From: Bacteroidales bacterium
GTDB taxonomy: Bacteria; Bacteroidota; Bacteroidia; Bacteroidales; UBA12077
NCBI GenBank assembly: GCA_030637515.1
Contig: DAOWGM010000155.1
Location: 12,532-76,531, forward strand
Reading direction: 5' to 3'
DNA length: 64,000 nucleotides
Under the pieces are notes generated by a model. The model saw only the letters and a list, made by a program, of their open reading frames with translations, was not told where the DNA came from and did not search any database. This document shows positions 49,526 through 59,451 of this stretch, piece after piece. Positions within the stretch are counted from its first letter, which is position 1. The number at the start of each line of letters is the position of its first letter. Made by a program: the position numbers and the translations under genes.

Positions 49526-49528
49526 ATT

Positions 49529-49933
49529 ATGGAAAAAGACAAAGTACCACAAGATGAAGGAATAACAGGAGGTGTATCACGTGAAGTGCAATATGCAATT
49601 GACGAAAATGGAAAATACGTAAAAGTAATGAGCACCGGATGGGAGCCTAAGAATATTGTTAACGATCTTGCGTGGGAAGATATTCAAGAAATGGTTGAAA
49701 TTGCCAATGAAAAAATAAAATCAGGAAAAGCAAGTCCAATTATGCACTTTATGGCAAAAACCCAAATGGATGTTACTTTACTTTCTGATTATATTGAATT
49801 ACCCAAATGGAAAGTAAAAAGGCATCTAAAACCCAAATGTTTTAAAAAATTGAAACAAGAACAAATAGAAAAATACGCCAAAATATTTGAAATCAACGTA
49901 GACGAATTAGTAAATTTTAATCCTGAAAAATAA
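49529..49933 (+). CDS. Hypothetical protein with HTH-like C-terminus, copy 2
   Basis: YAIDENGKY...STGWE, SPI and VKRHLKP...YAxxF; precedes the BtrH-like gene. Confidence 0.8.
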   Translation: MEKDKVPQDEGITGGVSREVQYAIDENGKYVKVMSTGWEPKNIVNDLAWEDIQEMVEIANEKIKSGKASPIMHFMAKTQMDVTLLSDYIELPKWKVKRHLKPKCFKKLKQEQIEKYAKIFEINVDELVNFNPEK

Positions 49934-49935
49934 AT

Positions 49936-50940
49936 ATGAAATTAGATTTCGAACATATACCTGCCGGACATTGTGAAAATGGAGTAATTTCCAGTTTATT
50001 AAAATATCACGGTTTAAATTTAAGCGAAGCTATGATCTTTGGTATCGGTAGCGGATACTTTTTTGCATACATGCCATTTGTAAAAGTGAATGGAATTCCA
50101 TTAGCATCATTCAGACCAGTTCCCGGAATGATATTCACAAAAGCAGCGAAACGATTAGGAATAAAAATGAAAAAACAAACTTTTAGGAAACAACCTAAAA
50201 GAGCAATGGATGAACTTGATAAAGTATTAGAAAAGAAATTACCCGTTGGAATTCAATCAGGAGTTTATCATTTATCATACTTCCCTCCTGCATATCGTTT
50301 TCATTTCAACGCTCATAATCTTACTGTTTACGGAAAAGAAAATGACACTTACCTTATTAGTGATCCGGTTATGGAATATCCAACAACCCTCACTTATAAT
50401 GAATTAAAGAAATCGAGGTTTGCTAAAGGTCCTTTAAGTCCAAATGGCAAAATGTATTATCCAATAAACATTCCTGAGAAGATTGATTTAAAACCAGCTA
50501 TCATCAAAGGAATTAAACAAACAGCTGATTGGATGTTAACAATACCTGTTCCTTTGTTTGGTGTTAAAGGAATTCGTTATTTATCAAAAAGAGTAAGAAA
50601 TTGGCCTGATAAACTTGGTCCTAAAAAAGCGGCATCTTATTTGGCACAATTAGTGCGTATGCTTGAAGAAATCGGAACCGGAGGTGCAGGATTTAGATTT
50701 ATTTATGCAGCATTTTTGCAGGAAGTAGCAGAAGTAATGCAAGACGACAGATACAATGAGATGTCAAAAGAAATGACGAAAATTGGCGATAAATGGAGAA
50801 ATTTTTCTTCTAAAGCTGCTCAGACTTGTAAAGGTCGATCCGCTGATCCTGACGGATACAATACTGTTGCAAATCTAATGCTTGAAATTGCCGATGATGA
50901 AGAAAAGTTTTTTACTGAATTAAAGAAACTAATAAAATAA
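49936..50940 (+). CDS. BtrH N-terminal domain / DUF4872 protein, copy 2
   Basis: HCENG, EAMIFGIGSG, FNAHN, ISDP and EEIGTGGAGFRFIYAAFL motifs. Confidence 0.88.
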   Translation: MKLDFEHIPAGHCENGVISSLLKYHGLNLSEAMIFGIGSGYFFAYMPFVKVNGIPLASFRPVPGMIFTKAAKRLGIKMKKQTFRKQPKRAMDELDKVLEKKLPVGIQSGVYHLSYFPPAYRFHFNAHNLTVYGKENDTYLISDPVMEYPTTLTYNELKKSRFAKGPLSPNGKMYYPINIPEKIDLKPAIIKGIKQTADWMLTIPVPLFGVKGIRYLSKRVRNWPDKLGPKKAASYLAQLVRMLEEIGTGGAGFRFIYAAFLQEVAEVMQDDRYNEMSKEMTKIGDKWRNFSSKAAQTCKGRSADPDGYNTVANLMLEIADDEEKFFTELKKLIK

Positions 50941-51698
50941 TGCAGGAAAATAATCATATTATTGAATTAAAATATTTAACCAAATATTATAAAGGTTTAA
51001 ATGTTCCTGCCATCGATAATATTAGTCTGAATATAAATAGAGGCGAAATTTATGGTTTGCTTGGTCCAAATGGTGCAGGAAAAACAACCACAATTTCTAT
51101 CCTATGTGGTTTATTCGGACCAACTTCAGGAAATGTATTTATTGATGGAATGGAATACCAGCATTCAGCTGAAAAAATAAAAAACATTATTGGCGTAGTT
51201 CCTCAAGATATAGCACTTTACCCATCGCTTACAGCCAAAGAAAATCTCACTTTCTTTGGCCGCATGTATGGACTTAAGGGTAAGCACTTAAAAACCCGAA
51301 TCGAGGAATGCCTTGAACTATTTGGTTTAGAGAAGAATGCTAACCGACGTATCAAAACCTTTTCAGGAGGTATGAAACGCAGGATTAATTTAATAGCTGG
51401 AATTCTTCATAAACCAAAAATCATTTATCTTGATGAACCAACCGTAGGTATTGATGTTCAATCCAGAAATGTAATTCTTGATCACCTTCGAAATATTAAT
51501 AAAGAAGGAACAACGATAATTTACACTTCTCATTATATGGAAGAAGCAGAAAATTTCTGCTCGAAAGTTGCTATTATTGATAAAGGGCATATTTTAATAG
51601 AAGGTAAGCCTAAAGATCTTATAAATAGTAAGGAAGAATACACTGATTTAGAAAGCATTTTCTTAAACATTACAGGTAGAGCTTTACGCGACGAATAA
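50940..51698 (+). CDS. ABC transporter ATP-binding protein
   Basis: GPNGAGKT, FSGGMKRR, LDEPT and SH motifs. Confidence 0.95.
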   Translation: MQENNHIIELKYLTKYYKGLNVPAIDNISLNINRGEIYGLLGPNGAGKTTTISILCGLFGPTSGNVFIDGMEYQHSAEKIKNIIGVVPQDIALYPSLTAKENLTFFGRMYGLKGKHLKTRIEECLELFGLEKNANRRIKTFSGGMKRRINLIAGILHKPKIIYLDEPTVGIDVQSRNVILDHLRNINKEGTTIIYTSHYMEEAENFCSKVAIIDKGHILIEGKPKDLINSKEEYTDLESIFLNITGRALRDE

Positions 51699-51709
51699 AT
51701 TAGATTAAT

Positions 51710-52993
51710 ATGCATAGATTATTATCATCGATATATAAAGAATTATTAGTACTTATAAGAGACAAAGCCGGTCTGGCAATATTATTTATAATGCCTTTGG
51801 CTCTAATCCTTATTATGACAGTAATTCAGGATGCAACTTTCAGAACCGTTAAGGAAGTTAACATTTCAATGATTCTTGTAAATAATGACAAGGATAGCTT
51901 AGGAGAAGCAATTAGCGAAGGATTATATGCTTCAGAATTTTTTCAGATTGTTGAAGAAATAGATGGCAAAGAAATCACTAAAGAAATGGCTAAGGAATTA
52001 GTTGCAACAGGAAATTATAAAATCGGAATTATTATTCCTGAAAGAGCAACCGATGCAATACGCGGAAATGTTAATGCCTTGATTAATAAGTCTTTTAAAT
52101 CATTCAATATTGCAGGAGTTAAAAAAAGAACTAAAAAAAGCACTATTGATATAACCATCTTTATTGATCCGGCAACAAGCCAATCTTTTAAAAATATGGT
52201 GATGAGCTCTTTAAAAGAGTTTACATCACAACTGGAGATAGAAATGTTCTTTAAGAATTTTTCCGAAGCTATTGCACAAATAATGCCTAGCCAAAAACCA
52301 ATCAAGTTTGAAAGTTTCGAAACAATAAAATACAAGGAAGTTTATGCTTCAACAACTGAAAATGAGATACTTCCGAACTCAGTTCAACATAATGTCCCGG
52401 CATGGACTATGTTTGCCATGTTTTTTATTGTACTTCCACTTGCCGGAAATATTATTAAAGAACGTGACGACGGTAGCGCATTCAGGTTGAAAACGATGCC
52501 AGGATCATTTATAACAGTTATGTTTAGTAAAATTTTTGTTTTTCTGAGTGTTTCATTCCTGCACTTTATTTTAATGTTATTGGTAGGAGTTTACATTATG
52601 CCTACTCTTGGATTGCCTCAACTGGAAATTGGACCACATAAGATAGCATTAGGTGTAATGGCTATCGCTTCAGGATTAGCTGCAACTGGATATGGTGTAG
52701 CAATTGGAACTATTGCAACAACACATGAGCAAGCAGCAACCTTTGGAGCAGTATCAATAATTATTTTTGCTGCATTAGGTGGCATCTGGGTTCCGGTTTA
52801 TGTTATGCCGCATGCAGTAAAAATTATTAGTCAATTCTCTCCATTACATTGGGGATTAAATGGCTTCTATGATATTTTTCTTCGAGGTGGTGATTTATGG
52901 GTAATTGCAGCGGAAGCAGGAAAGCTTCTTATTTTCTTTGTCTTAATGCTATTTATAGCAGTAGTTTATAACAACTATAACAAAACAAAATAA
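51710..52993 (+). CDS. ABC-2 type transporter permease
   Basis: KELLVLIRD, QHNVPAW, ER motif, GGIWVP; multiple TM helices. Confidence 0.93.
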   Translation: MHRLLSSIYKELLVLIRDKAGLAILFIMPLALILIMTVIQDATFRTVKEVNISMILVNNDKDSLGEAISEGLYASEFFQIVEEIDGKEITKEMAKELVATGNYKIGIIIPERATDAIRGNVNALINKSFKSFNIAGVKKRTKKSTIDITIFIDPATSQSFKNMVMSSLKEFTSQLEIEMFFKNFSEAIAQIMPSQKPIKFESFETIKYKEVYASTTENEILPNSVQHNVPAWTMFAMFFIVLPLAGNIIKERDDGSAFRLKTMPGSFITVMFSKIFVFLSVSFLHFILMLLVGVYIMPTLGLPQLEIGPHKIALGVMAIASGLAATGYGVAIGTIATTHEQAATFGAVSIIIFAALGGIWVPVYVMPHAVKIISQFSPLHWGLNGFYDIFLRGGDLWVIAAEAGKLLIFFVLMLFIAVVYNNYNKTK

Positions 52994-53003
52994 TTTAATA
53001 CTG

Positions 53004-53038
53004 GGAATTGGTAATTGATAATTGTTAATTGATAATTG
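53004..53038 (+). repeat. Tandem heptamer tract NNAATTG x5
   Basis: GGAATTG GTAATTG ATAATTG TTAATTG ATAATTG. Confidence 0.75.
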
Positions 53039-53048
53039 AAAAATAAAA

Positions 53049-53477
53049 TTGGAAACAAAACCTCTCATTCATAGAACAGAAATTATTGTAAGATTTAGTG
53101 AAGTAGATTCAATGGGAATCGTTTGGCACGGAAATTATGCAAAATATTTTGAAGACGGACGCGAAGCATTTGGTAAAGCTTTAGGTTTAAGTTATCTTGT
53201 TGTATATGCTAATAAGTATTTAACTCCACTTGTTAAATTGAATTTCGAATACAAGACTCCACTTGAATACGGCGATTCTGCAATAATTGAGACAAAATAT
53301 ATTGACCACGATGCTGCAAAAATTCATTTTAAATATACCATTTACAATAAGAAGAATAATCAAGTAGCTGCTACAGGTGAAAGTATTCAGGTATTTTTAA
53401 ATCTCGATCGTGAATTAGAACTTTTTTGTCCTGATTTCTTTCTTGATTGGAAAAGAAAAATGGGATTAATAAAGTAA
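53049..53477 (+). CDS. Acyl-CoA/ACP thioesterase (4HBT/YbgC family, ApeK-like)
   Basis: VRFSEVDSMGIVWHGNYxxYFEDGRE motif; TTG start. Confidence 0.9.
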   Translation: METKPLIHRTEIIVRFSEVDSMGIVWHGNYAKYFEDGREAFGKALGLSYLVVYANKYLTPLVKLNFEYKTPLEYGDSAIIETKYIDHDAAKIHFKYTIYNKKNNQVAATGESIQVFLNLDRELELFCPDFFLDWKRKMGLIK

Positions 53478-53494
53478 AAAAAACATTCTCATTT

Positions 53495-54655
53495 ATGGAC
53501 TATATATATGCAATTGCAGACAATATTATAACATCATTAGGTTTTACAAGTAAGGAAAACTTTGATAATTTAAAGCTTGGCAAATCCGGAATTAAGCAAA
53601 CAGTTGATCCTAAAATCACTCAGGTTCCAATGTATTGCTCACAGGTTGACTCAGAAAGATTAAATGCTGAATTTAAGAAACATGGTAATCCTGATGACTA
53701 TACTCGTCTTGAAAAGATGATGATTTTATCAATCTATGATTCATTACAGCAAACTAATATTGATCCTTCAAACCCAGATACTTTATTTGTTTTTTCATCA
53801 GTAAAAGGAAATATTGATTTAATTGAAGATGAAAATCATCCTTTTGATAAAGAGAGAATGAATCTTTGGGCAATTTCTGATCAGGTATGTAAGTTCTTCA
53901 ATTCCACTGCAAAACCAGTCTTTGTTTCAAATGCCTGTATTTCAGGATTAACTTCAATAATTGTTGGTGCTGAATATTTGAAAAAGGGGAAATATAAAAA
54001 TGTAATTGTTTGTGGCGGAGATGTAGTTTCTGAATTTACGCCATCAGGTTTTCAATCATTCAAAGCAGTAAGTGACCAACCTTGCAAACCATTTGATGCA
54101 AACAGAACAGGTATTACTTTAGGCGAAGGAGTTGGGACAATCATCCTATCTTCAGATAAAGATTTGGTTCAGGAAGAAAATCCAGTAGTTTTTCGAGGTG
54201 GTGCAAATACAAATGATGCGAATCATATTTCAGGACCCTCACGTACTGGAGACGGATTATATTATGCTATCAGAAATACATTAATCGAAGCAGGTAAAAC
54301 AAACACTGAAATTGATTATATATCTGGTCACGGAACAGCTACTCCATACAACGATGAAATGGAATCAAAAGCAATAAAATGGGCTGAACTTGATCATGTT
54401 CCGGTAAATAGCTTAAAATCTTATTGGGGACATACACTTGGTGCTGCTGGTATTATTGAGTGTATTGCAGGTGTACATTCCATTATAGAAAACTGTTTAA
54501 TAGAAACATTGGGGTATGCAGAACACGGTGTTAGCGAACCAATTAATGTTATAAAAGAATTTAAGGAAACAGAAGTTAAAAACTTTTTAAAAACAGCATC
54601 AGGTTTTGGAGGTAGTAATGCTGCTGCTTACTTTTCTGAATTAAATGCAGACTAA
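53495..54655 (+). CDS. Beta-ketoacyl synthase
   Basis: SNACISG, GHGTAT, GHTLGAAG and SGFGG; ATG at 53495 preferred. Confidence 0.9.
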   Translation: MDYIYAIADNIITSLGFTSKENFDNLKLGKSGIKQTVDPKITQVPMYCSQVDSERLNAEFKKHGNPDDYTRLEKMMILSIYDSLQQTNIDPSNPDTLFVFSSVKGNIDLIEDENHPFDKERMNLWAISDQVCKFFNSTAKPVFVSNACISGLTSIIVGAEYLKKGKYKNVIVCGGDVVSEFTPSGFQSFKAVSDQPCKPFDANRTGITLGEGVGTIILSSDKDLVQEENPVVFRGGANTNDANHISGPSRTGDGLYYAIRNTLIEAGKTNTEIDYISGHGTATPYNDEMESKAIKWAELDHVPVNSLKSYWGHTLGAAGIIECIAGVHSIIENCLIETLGYAEHGVSEPINVIKEFKETEVKNFLKTASGFGGSNAAAYFSELNAD

Positions 54656-54746
54656 CAGTCAATGACTGAAATAAATATTGAGAAACTCCTGAATATATTG
54701 CATATTTAGTAGCACAATATTAAAGTCAGTTGAAATAAGATAAGCA

Positions 54747-55379
54747 ATGGAAAATAGTATATCAAAATATTGTATCATAAAACCTCACGAAGTTATTGTT
54801 GACGGTAAATCTGAATTTATCGATCAAGAAAAAAATGATTTCGGCCCTTTTATGAAATCTGTATACAAACATTACGAAGTAAAATATCCAAAATATTTCA
54901 AAATGGATAATCTTTGTAAAGTAGCTTTTTTAGCATCTGAAATTGTTTTAAAAGGAAACGAACACATTAAGGAAATTGATCCTGTAAAAGTTGGTGTTAT
55001 TCTGCAAAATTCACATTCCTCATTAGACACAGATACAAAGTACAACGATACAATAAAAGATAAATCGAATTATTTTCCAAGTCCTGCTGTTTTTGTTTAT
55101 ACATTACCGAATGTAATGATTGGTGAAATATGCATTCGTAATAAATTTCAAGGAGAAAACACCTGCTTTATTGCTAAAGAATTTGATGTAGATTTTATCT
55201 CTGATCATGTTAACGAACTGTTAGATTCTGGAAAGTTAGATGCCTGCATTACAGGTTGGGCAGATTACATTGATGGTGAATATAGCGCAATCATGTTTTT
55301 AGTTGAAAAAAACAAGGAAAATAAAAAAGATAATATTAGTTTTAAACCCGAATTCATAAATCGATTAATAAGTAAATAG
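54747..55379 (+). CDS. Short KS-like chain-length-factor subunit
   Basis: YPKYFKMD and PSPAVFVYTLPN motifs; no complete catalytic triad. Confidence 0.78.
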   Translation: MENSISKYCIIKPHEVIVDGKSEFIDQEKNDFGPFMKSVYKHYEVKYPKYFKMDNLCKVAFLASEIVLKGNEHIKEIDPVKVGVILQNSHSSLDTDTKYNDTIKDKSNYFPSPAVFVYTLPNVMIGEICIRNKFQGENTCFIAKEFDVDFISDHVNELLDSGKLDACITGWADYIDGEYSAIMFLVEKNKENKKDNISFKPEFINRLISK

Positions 55380-55381
55380 AA

Positions 55382-55636
55382 ATGGAAGAGTTAATAATAA
55401 AAATCAAGCAACAGGTAATTGAGGTTTTAAATTTAGAAGATGTTGAACCTGCTGATATAGATACAGATTCACCTCTTTTTGGTGATGGTTTGGGACTTGA
55501 TTCGATTGATGCATTAGAGTTAATAGTTTTGTTAGAAAAACAATATGGAATAAAAATTGAAGATCCAAAAGATGGTAAAAAGATTTTCTATTCAATAAGA
55601 ACCATAGCAGAATATATCGAAGAAAAAAAGAAGTAA
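55382..55636 (+). CDS. Acyl carrier protein (aryl-polyene type)
   Basis: PLFGDGLGLDSIDALEL motif. Confidence 0.94.
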   Translation: MEELIIKIKQQVIEVLNLEDVEPADIDTDSPLFGDGLGLDSIDALELIVLLEKQYGIKIEDPKDGKKIFYSIRTIAEYIEEKKK

Positions 55637-55661
55637 CACAATTTAGTTGAAGGGTTAGTAG

Positions 55662-56861
55662 ATGTCACAAAGGATTTTTGTAACCGGCATAGGTATAATA
55701 ACAGGTATTGGAAATAACATTGACGAAACACTTGAGTCAATAAAGCAGAAGAAGTCGGGAGTTGCTGAAATAAAATATCTTAAGACAAATCATAAAGGGT
55801 CTATTCCTGTATCCGAAGTTAAACTTTCGGAAGATGAATTAATTGAAAGAGCAGGACTGGATAAAAACGAACCTTTTACCAGATCAACTTTAATTGGCAT
55901 AATTGCAGCTGACGAAGCTGTTAAAAATGCAGGAATTGAAGATATCAAAGAATACCGAACTGGATTGATTTCAGGCACTACAGTTGGTGGAATGGACAAA
56001 AGTGAACTTTACTACCGAGATCTTTTAGAAACAACAAACCATATTGAATACATCGAAACACATGATTGCGGAGATAGTACAGAACGTATTGCTGATTACG
56101 TTGGTGTAAAAGATTTTGTTTCAACAACGAGCACAGCTTGTTCTTCTGCAGCTAATTCAATGATTTTAGGAGCACGAATGATAAAAAATGGACTTCTTGA
56201 TCGCGTTGTTGCCGGAGGAATTGAATCATTAACAAAATACCATATGAATGGTTTCAATACCCTTATGATTCTTGATAAGGAGCAATGTAAACCATTTGAT
56301 GATAACCGCATGGGATTAAATTTAGGTGAAGGAGCAGCATTTCTTGTTCTTGAATCTGAAGAATTGGTTAAAAAAACAGGCAAAAAAGTACTTGCAGAAT
56401 TAACAGGTTATGGAAATTCATGTGAGGCTTTCCATCAAACAGCATCAACACCGGAAGGTAAAGGTGCATTTAGGGCTATGAAAGAAGCTTTAGACAGAAG
56501 TGGTTTAAAACCTGAACAAATTGATTACATCAATGCTCACGGAACAGGAACAGACAATAATGATCTTTCTGAAGGCAGAGCAATTGAAACTCTTTTCGGA
56601 ACTAATCCACCAAAAGTAAGTTCAACCAAGGCGTATACAGGACACACAACAAGCGCTGCAGGTGGTGTTGAAGCCGTACTCTCAATTTTAGCTATTCAGA
56701 ATAATATGATTTTCCCGAACCTGAATTTTAAAACACAAATGAAAGAGTTGAGTTTTAGTCCTGTTACTGAACTTTTAGAAAATGTGAAGGTTGATCATGT
56801 ATTATCAAACTCATTTGGTTTCGGTGGAAATAACTCTGCGTTAATTTTTTCAAGATATTAG
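55662..56861 (+). CDS. Aryl-polyene-type beta-ketoacyl synthase
   Basis: STACSSAAN, NAHGTGT, GHT and SNSFGFGGNN motifs. Confidence 0.93.
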   Translation: MSQRIFVTGIGIITGIGNNIDETLESIKQKKSGVAEIKYLKTNHKGSIPVSEVKLSEDELIERAGLDKNEPFTRSTLIGIIAADEAVKNAGIEDIKEYRTGLISGTTVGGMDKSELYYRDLLETTNHIEYIETHDCGDSTERIADYVGVKDFVSTTSTACSSAANSMILGARMIKNGLLDRVVAGGIESLTKYHMNGFNTLMILDKEQCKPFDDNRMGLNLGEGAAFLVLESEELVKKTGKKVLAELTGYGNSCEAFHQTASTPEGKGAFRAMKEALDRSGLKPEQIDYINAHGTGTDNNDLSEGRAIETLFGTNPPKVSSTKAYTGHTTSAAGGVEAVLSILAIQNNMIFPNLNFKTQMKELSFSPVTELLENVKVDHVLSNSFGFGGNNSALIFSRY

Positions 56862-56862
56862 T

Positions 56863-57927
56863 ATGGAAGTTTATATACAAGGTATAGGTAATATATCTCC
56901 TCAAAATACTGTGGACAGTAACATTTTTTTAGATGATGTTGTTAGTCACGAAACAGAATTTATTTTATCTATTGCTCCTAATTACAAAGAATTTATAAAT
57001 CCTATTCAACTTCGCCGTATGAGTAAGTTGATAAAAATGGGAATAAGTGCCTCAAAAATTTGTTTAGCTGATGCTGGAATTGAAAACCCGGGAGCAATTA
57101 TTACAGGAACCGGTTTAGGTCTTGTTGGCGATACAGAGAAGTTCCTGAATATGGTAATTGATAATGACGAAGAGCTTCTTGCTCCTACTGCATTTATTCA
57201 ATCTACTCATAATACAATTAGTGGACAGGTAGCAATTGCACTTAAATGTTTTAACTATAACAATACCTATTCTCATCGTGGATTTTCTTTTGAAAGTGCT
57301 CTACTTGACGGAATGCTTTTAATAAATGATAAAGATGCTGAAAATGTATTAGTTGGTGGTTTTGACGAGATTACACCTGAGCATCATCAAATTATTAAAA
57401 AAACGCGTTGGGTAAAAAATGAGACAATTAAAAGTTTAGAACTTTTAGATCATAAAACTCAGGGTACAGTTGTTGGCGAAGGTGTTGGATTCTTTTCTTT
57501 AACTGGAAAAAAAGATGAAAACACGTATGCCAGGTTAAAAAATATAAAAACCATATATAAGCCTGAAAGTAAAGAAGAAATTGAAACTAAAATAGATCAG
57601 TTTCTTACTGAAAATGGTTTATCAAAAGATGATATTGATTTAGTTGTATTAGGATTAAATGGAAATGTTGATACAGATGATATTTATTATCATTTAGCTG
57701 ATAATTATTTTAACACCAATTATGCTTATTTCAAGCATCTTTCTGGTGATTATCATACAGTTGGAACATTTGCTTTGTGGTTTGCTGCAAATACTATAAA
57801 ACATCAGAAAGTACCTGAAGTTGCTCGTTTCAGAAAAGAAAACTTTACTGAAAAGCCAATAAAAAATGTATTGGTATATAATCATTTTAGAGAAGTTGAT
57901 CACTCCATATTTTTATTAGCTCAATGA
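56863..57927 (+). CDS. Beta-ketoacyl synthase chain-length factor
   Basis: RRMS, PTAFIQSTHN and GEG motifs; lacks the catalytic Cys. Confidence 0.88.
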   Translation: MEVYIQGIGNISPQNTVDSNIFLDDVVSHETEFILSIAPNYKEFINPIQLRRMSKLIKMGISASKICLADAGIENPGAIITGTGLGLVGDTEKFLNMVIDNDEELLAPTAFIQSTHNTISGQVAIALKCFNYNNTYSHRGFSFESALLDGMLLINDKDAENVLVGGFDEITPEHHQIIKKTRWVKNETIKSLELLDHKTQGTVVGEGVGFFSLTGKKDENTYARLKNIKTIYKPESKEEIETKIDQFLTENGLSKDDIDLVVLGLNGNVDTDDIYYHLADNYFNTNYAYFKHLSGDYHTVGTFALWFAANTIKHQKVPEVARFRKENFTEKPIKNVLVYNHFREVDHSIFLLAQ

Positions 57928-58685
57928 TAAAACCAGGAACAACATTCGTTCTTTACATCGTTGTTTTAATCCAAGTTTATCTCTTTCTTCCTTGGAAAGG
58001 GATATTTTTTATTATAATAAGCCTGCTATTTCTAATTTATTTAATTAGCTGCTCTGCAAATATTTGCTCTCAGGCATATATAAAAACTCTTTGCAAAGCA
58101 GATACAAATCAAAAGAAAATAGCTATTACTTTTGATGATGGACCTGATCCAAAAATCACTCCGCAAGTACTCAGCATTCTTGATAAATACAATGCTAAAG
58201 CAACATTCTTCTGCATTGGAAAGCACATAGAAGATAATAAAGAACTATTAAAAGAGATTGATAAAAAAGGTCACATTATTGGTAATCATACTTGGTCGCA
58301 CGATCTATGGTTTGATTTATTCTCATATAAAAGAATGCAAGCGGATATTGAAAAAACAAATGGTCTGATATTTGAAATAATCAATAAAAAGGCAAAACTG
58401 TTTCGTCCACCTTATGGAGTTACGAATCCTGCTTTAAAAAGAGCTCTGAAAAGATTAAATTTTCAGACAATTGGATGGAGCATTCGTTCTTTAGATACTA
58501 TTAAAAGTACTGAAAAAACGCTGAAAAGAATAAAGAAAGGATTATCAACGGGCGATATTATTTTATTTCATGATAATCGAGAGCATATTGTTGATATTTT
58601 AGAATCATTTTTAGAATATGCAAAGAGCGAAAATTATGAGATTGTTACTCTTGATGAACTATTAAATATAAAAGCATATGAGTAA
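57924..58685 (+). CDS. Membrane-anchored polysaccharide deacetylase (NodB family)
   Basis: TFDDGP, HTWSH, FRPPYG and LFHD motifs. Confidence 0.92.
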   Translation: MIKPGTTFVLYIVVLIQVYLFLPWKGIFFIIISLLFLIYLISCSANICSQAYIKTLCKADTNQKKIAITFDDGPDPKITPQVLSILDKYNAKATFFCIGKHIEDNKELLKEIDKKGHIIGNHTWSHDLWFDLFSYKRMQADIEKTNGLIFEIINKKAKLFRPPYGVTNPALKRALKRLNFQTIGWSIRSLDTIKSTEKTLKRIKKGLSTGDIILFHDNREHIVDILESFLEYAKSENYEIVTLDELLNIKAYE

Positions 58686-59451
58686 AATATATAAAACGGA
58701 TTGTCATCCTGAGTTTATCGAAGGGTGGCAAGAAAGGTTTGGCAAAAAAAATAACAATGTTTATGCTTCGCATGAGAAAAGTTCGACAAGGCTCAACATG
58801 AAAGTTATTTTTTTTAGCAAAATTTTATTAATGGTTATTTTCTTTTTTAGTGCTGGAATATTACATGCACAGGAAACCGGTTTTAAGCAAGTTCAGGATA
58901 TTACCAAAGCACAAACTGAATTAGCTAAACTATCAGAGAACACGCAATCAATTCAGAGTAAGTTTGTACAAGAAAAGCATTTAAGCTTTTTAACCGAAAA
59001 TATTATATCTAAAGGAGAATTTTCTTTTAAAAGTCCAAATCAATTACGATGGGAATATTCAGAACCATTTGAATATATTATCGTTTTTAATGATAAAAAT
59101 ATTTACATAAAAGATGAAGATAAGATTAGTACATTCGATACTGAATCAAATAAAATGTTCGCCGAAATAAATAACATGATGATTGGATCCATACAAGGAG
59201 ATTTATTTACTGATACGGAGCGGTTTTCAGTACAATATTTTGAAAGCTCTACGCAATACTTATTAGAGCTTGATCCTAAGTTGCCGGAAATGAAAAGCAT
59301 GCTTAAAACCATTAAAATCTATATTGATAAATCGGATATCTCTGTTTCAAAAATTAAAATGATCGAAAGCTCCGATGATTATACCAGCATCGATTTCATA
59401 AATAAAAAATTGAATCAGCCAATTGATAATGAGAAATTTAATCTCAAATAA
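58678..59451 (+). CDS. LolA-like outer-membrane lipoprotein carrier protein
   Basis: FVQEK, SKG and LRWEY motifs. The start is uncertain (58678, 58798 or 58831) because of a palindromic insert. Confidence 0.85.
   Translation: MSKIYKTDCHPEFIEGWQERFGKKNNNVYASHEKSSTRLNMKVIFFSKILLMVIFFFSAGILHAQETGFKQVQDITKAQTELAKLSENTQSIQSKFVQEKHLSFLTENIISKGEFSFKSPNQLRWEYSEPFEYIIVFNDKNIYIKDEDKISTFDTESNKMFAEINNMMIGSIQGDLFTDTERFSVQYFESSTQYLLELDPKLPEMKSMLKTIKIYIDKSDISVSKIKMIESSDDYTSIDFINKKLNQPIDNEKFNLK
58703..58801. repeat. REP-like imperfect inverted-repeat element in the lolA-like 5' region
   Basis: Arms GTCATCCTGAGTTTATCGAA and TTCGACAAGGCTCAACATGA. Confidence 0.65.

Noticed and set aside
54656-54746. Weak inverted repeat (TGACT...AATATTG / CAATATT..AGTCA) between KS genes
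   Set aside because: Too degenerate and AT-rich to distinguish from chance.
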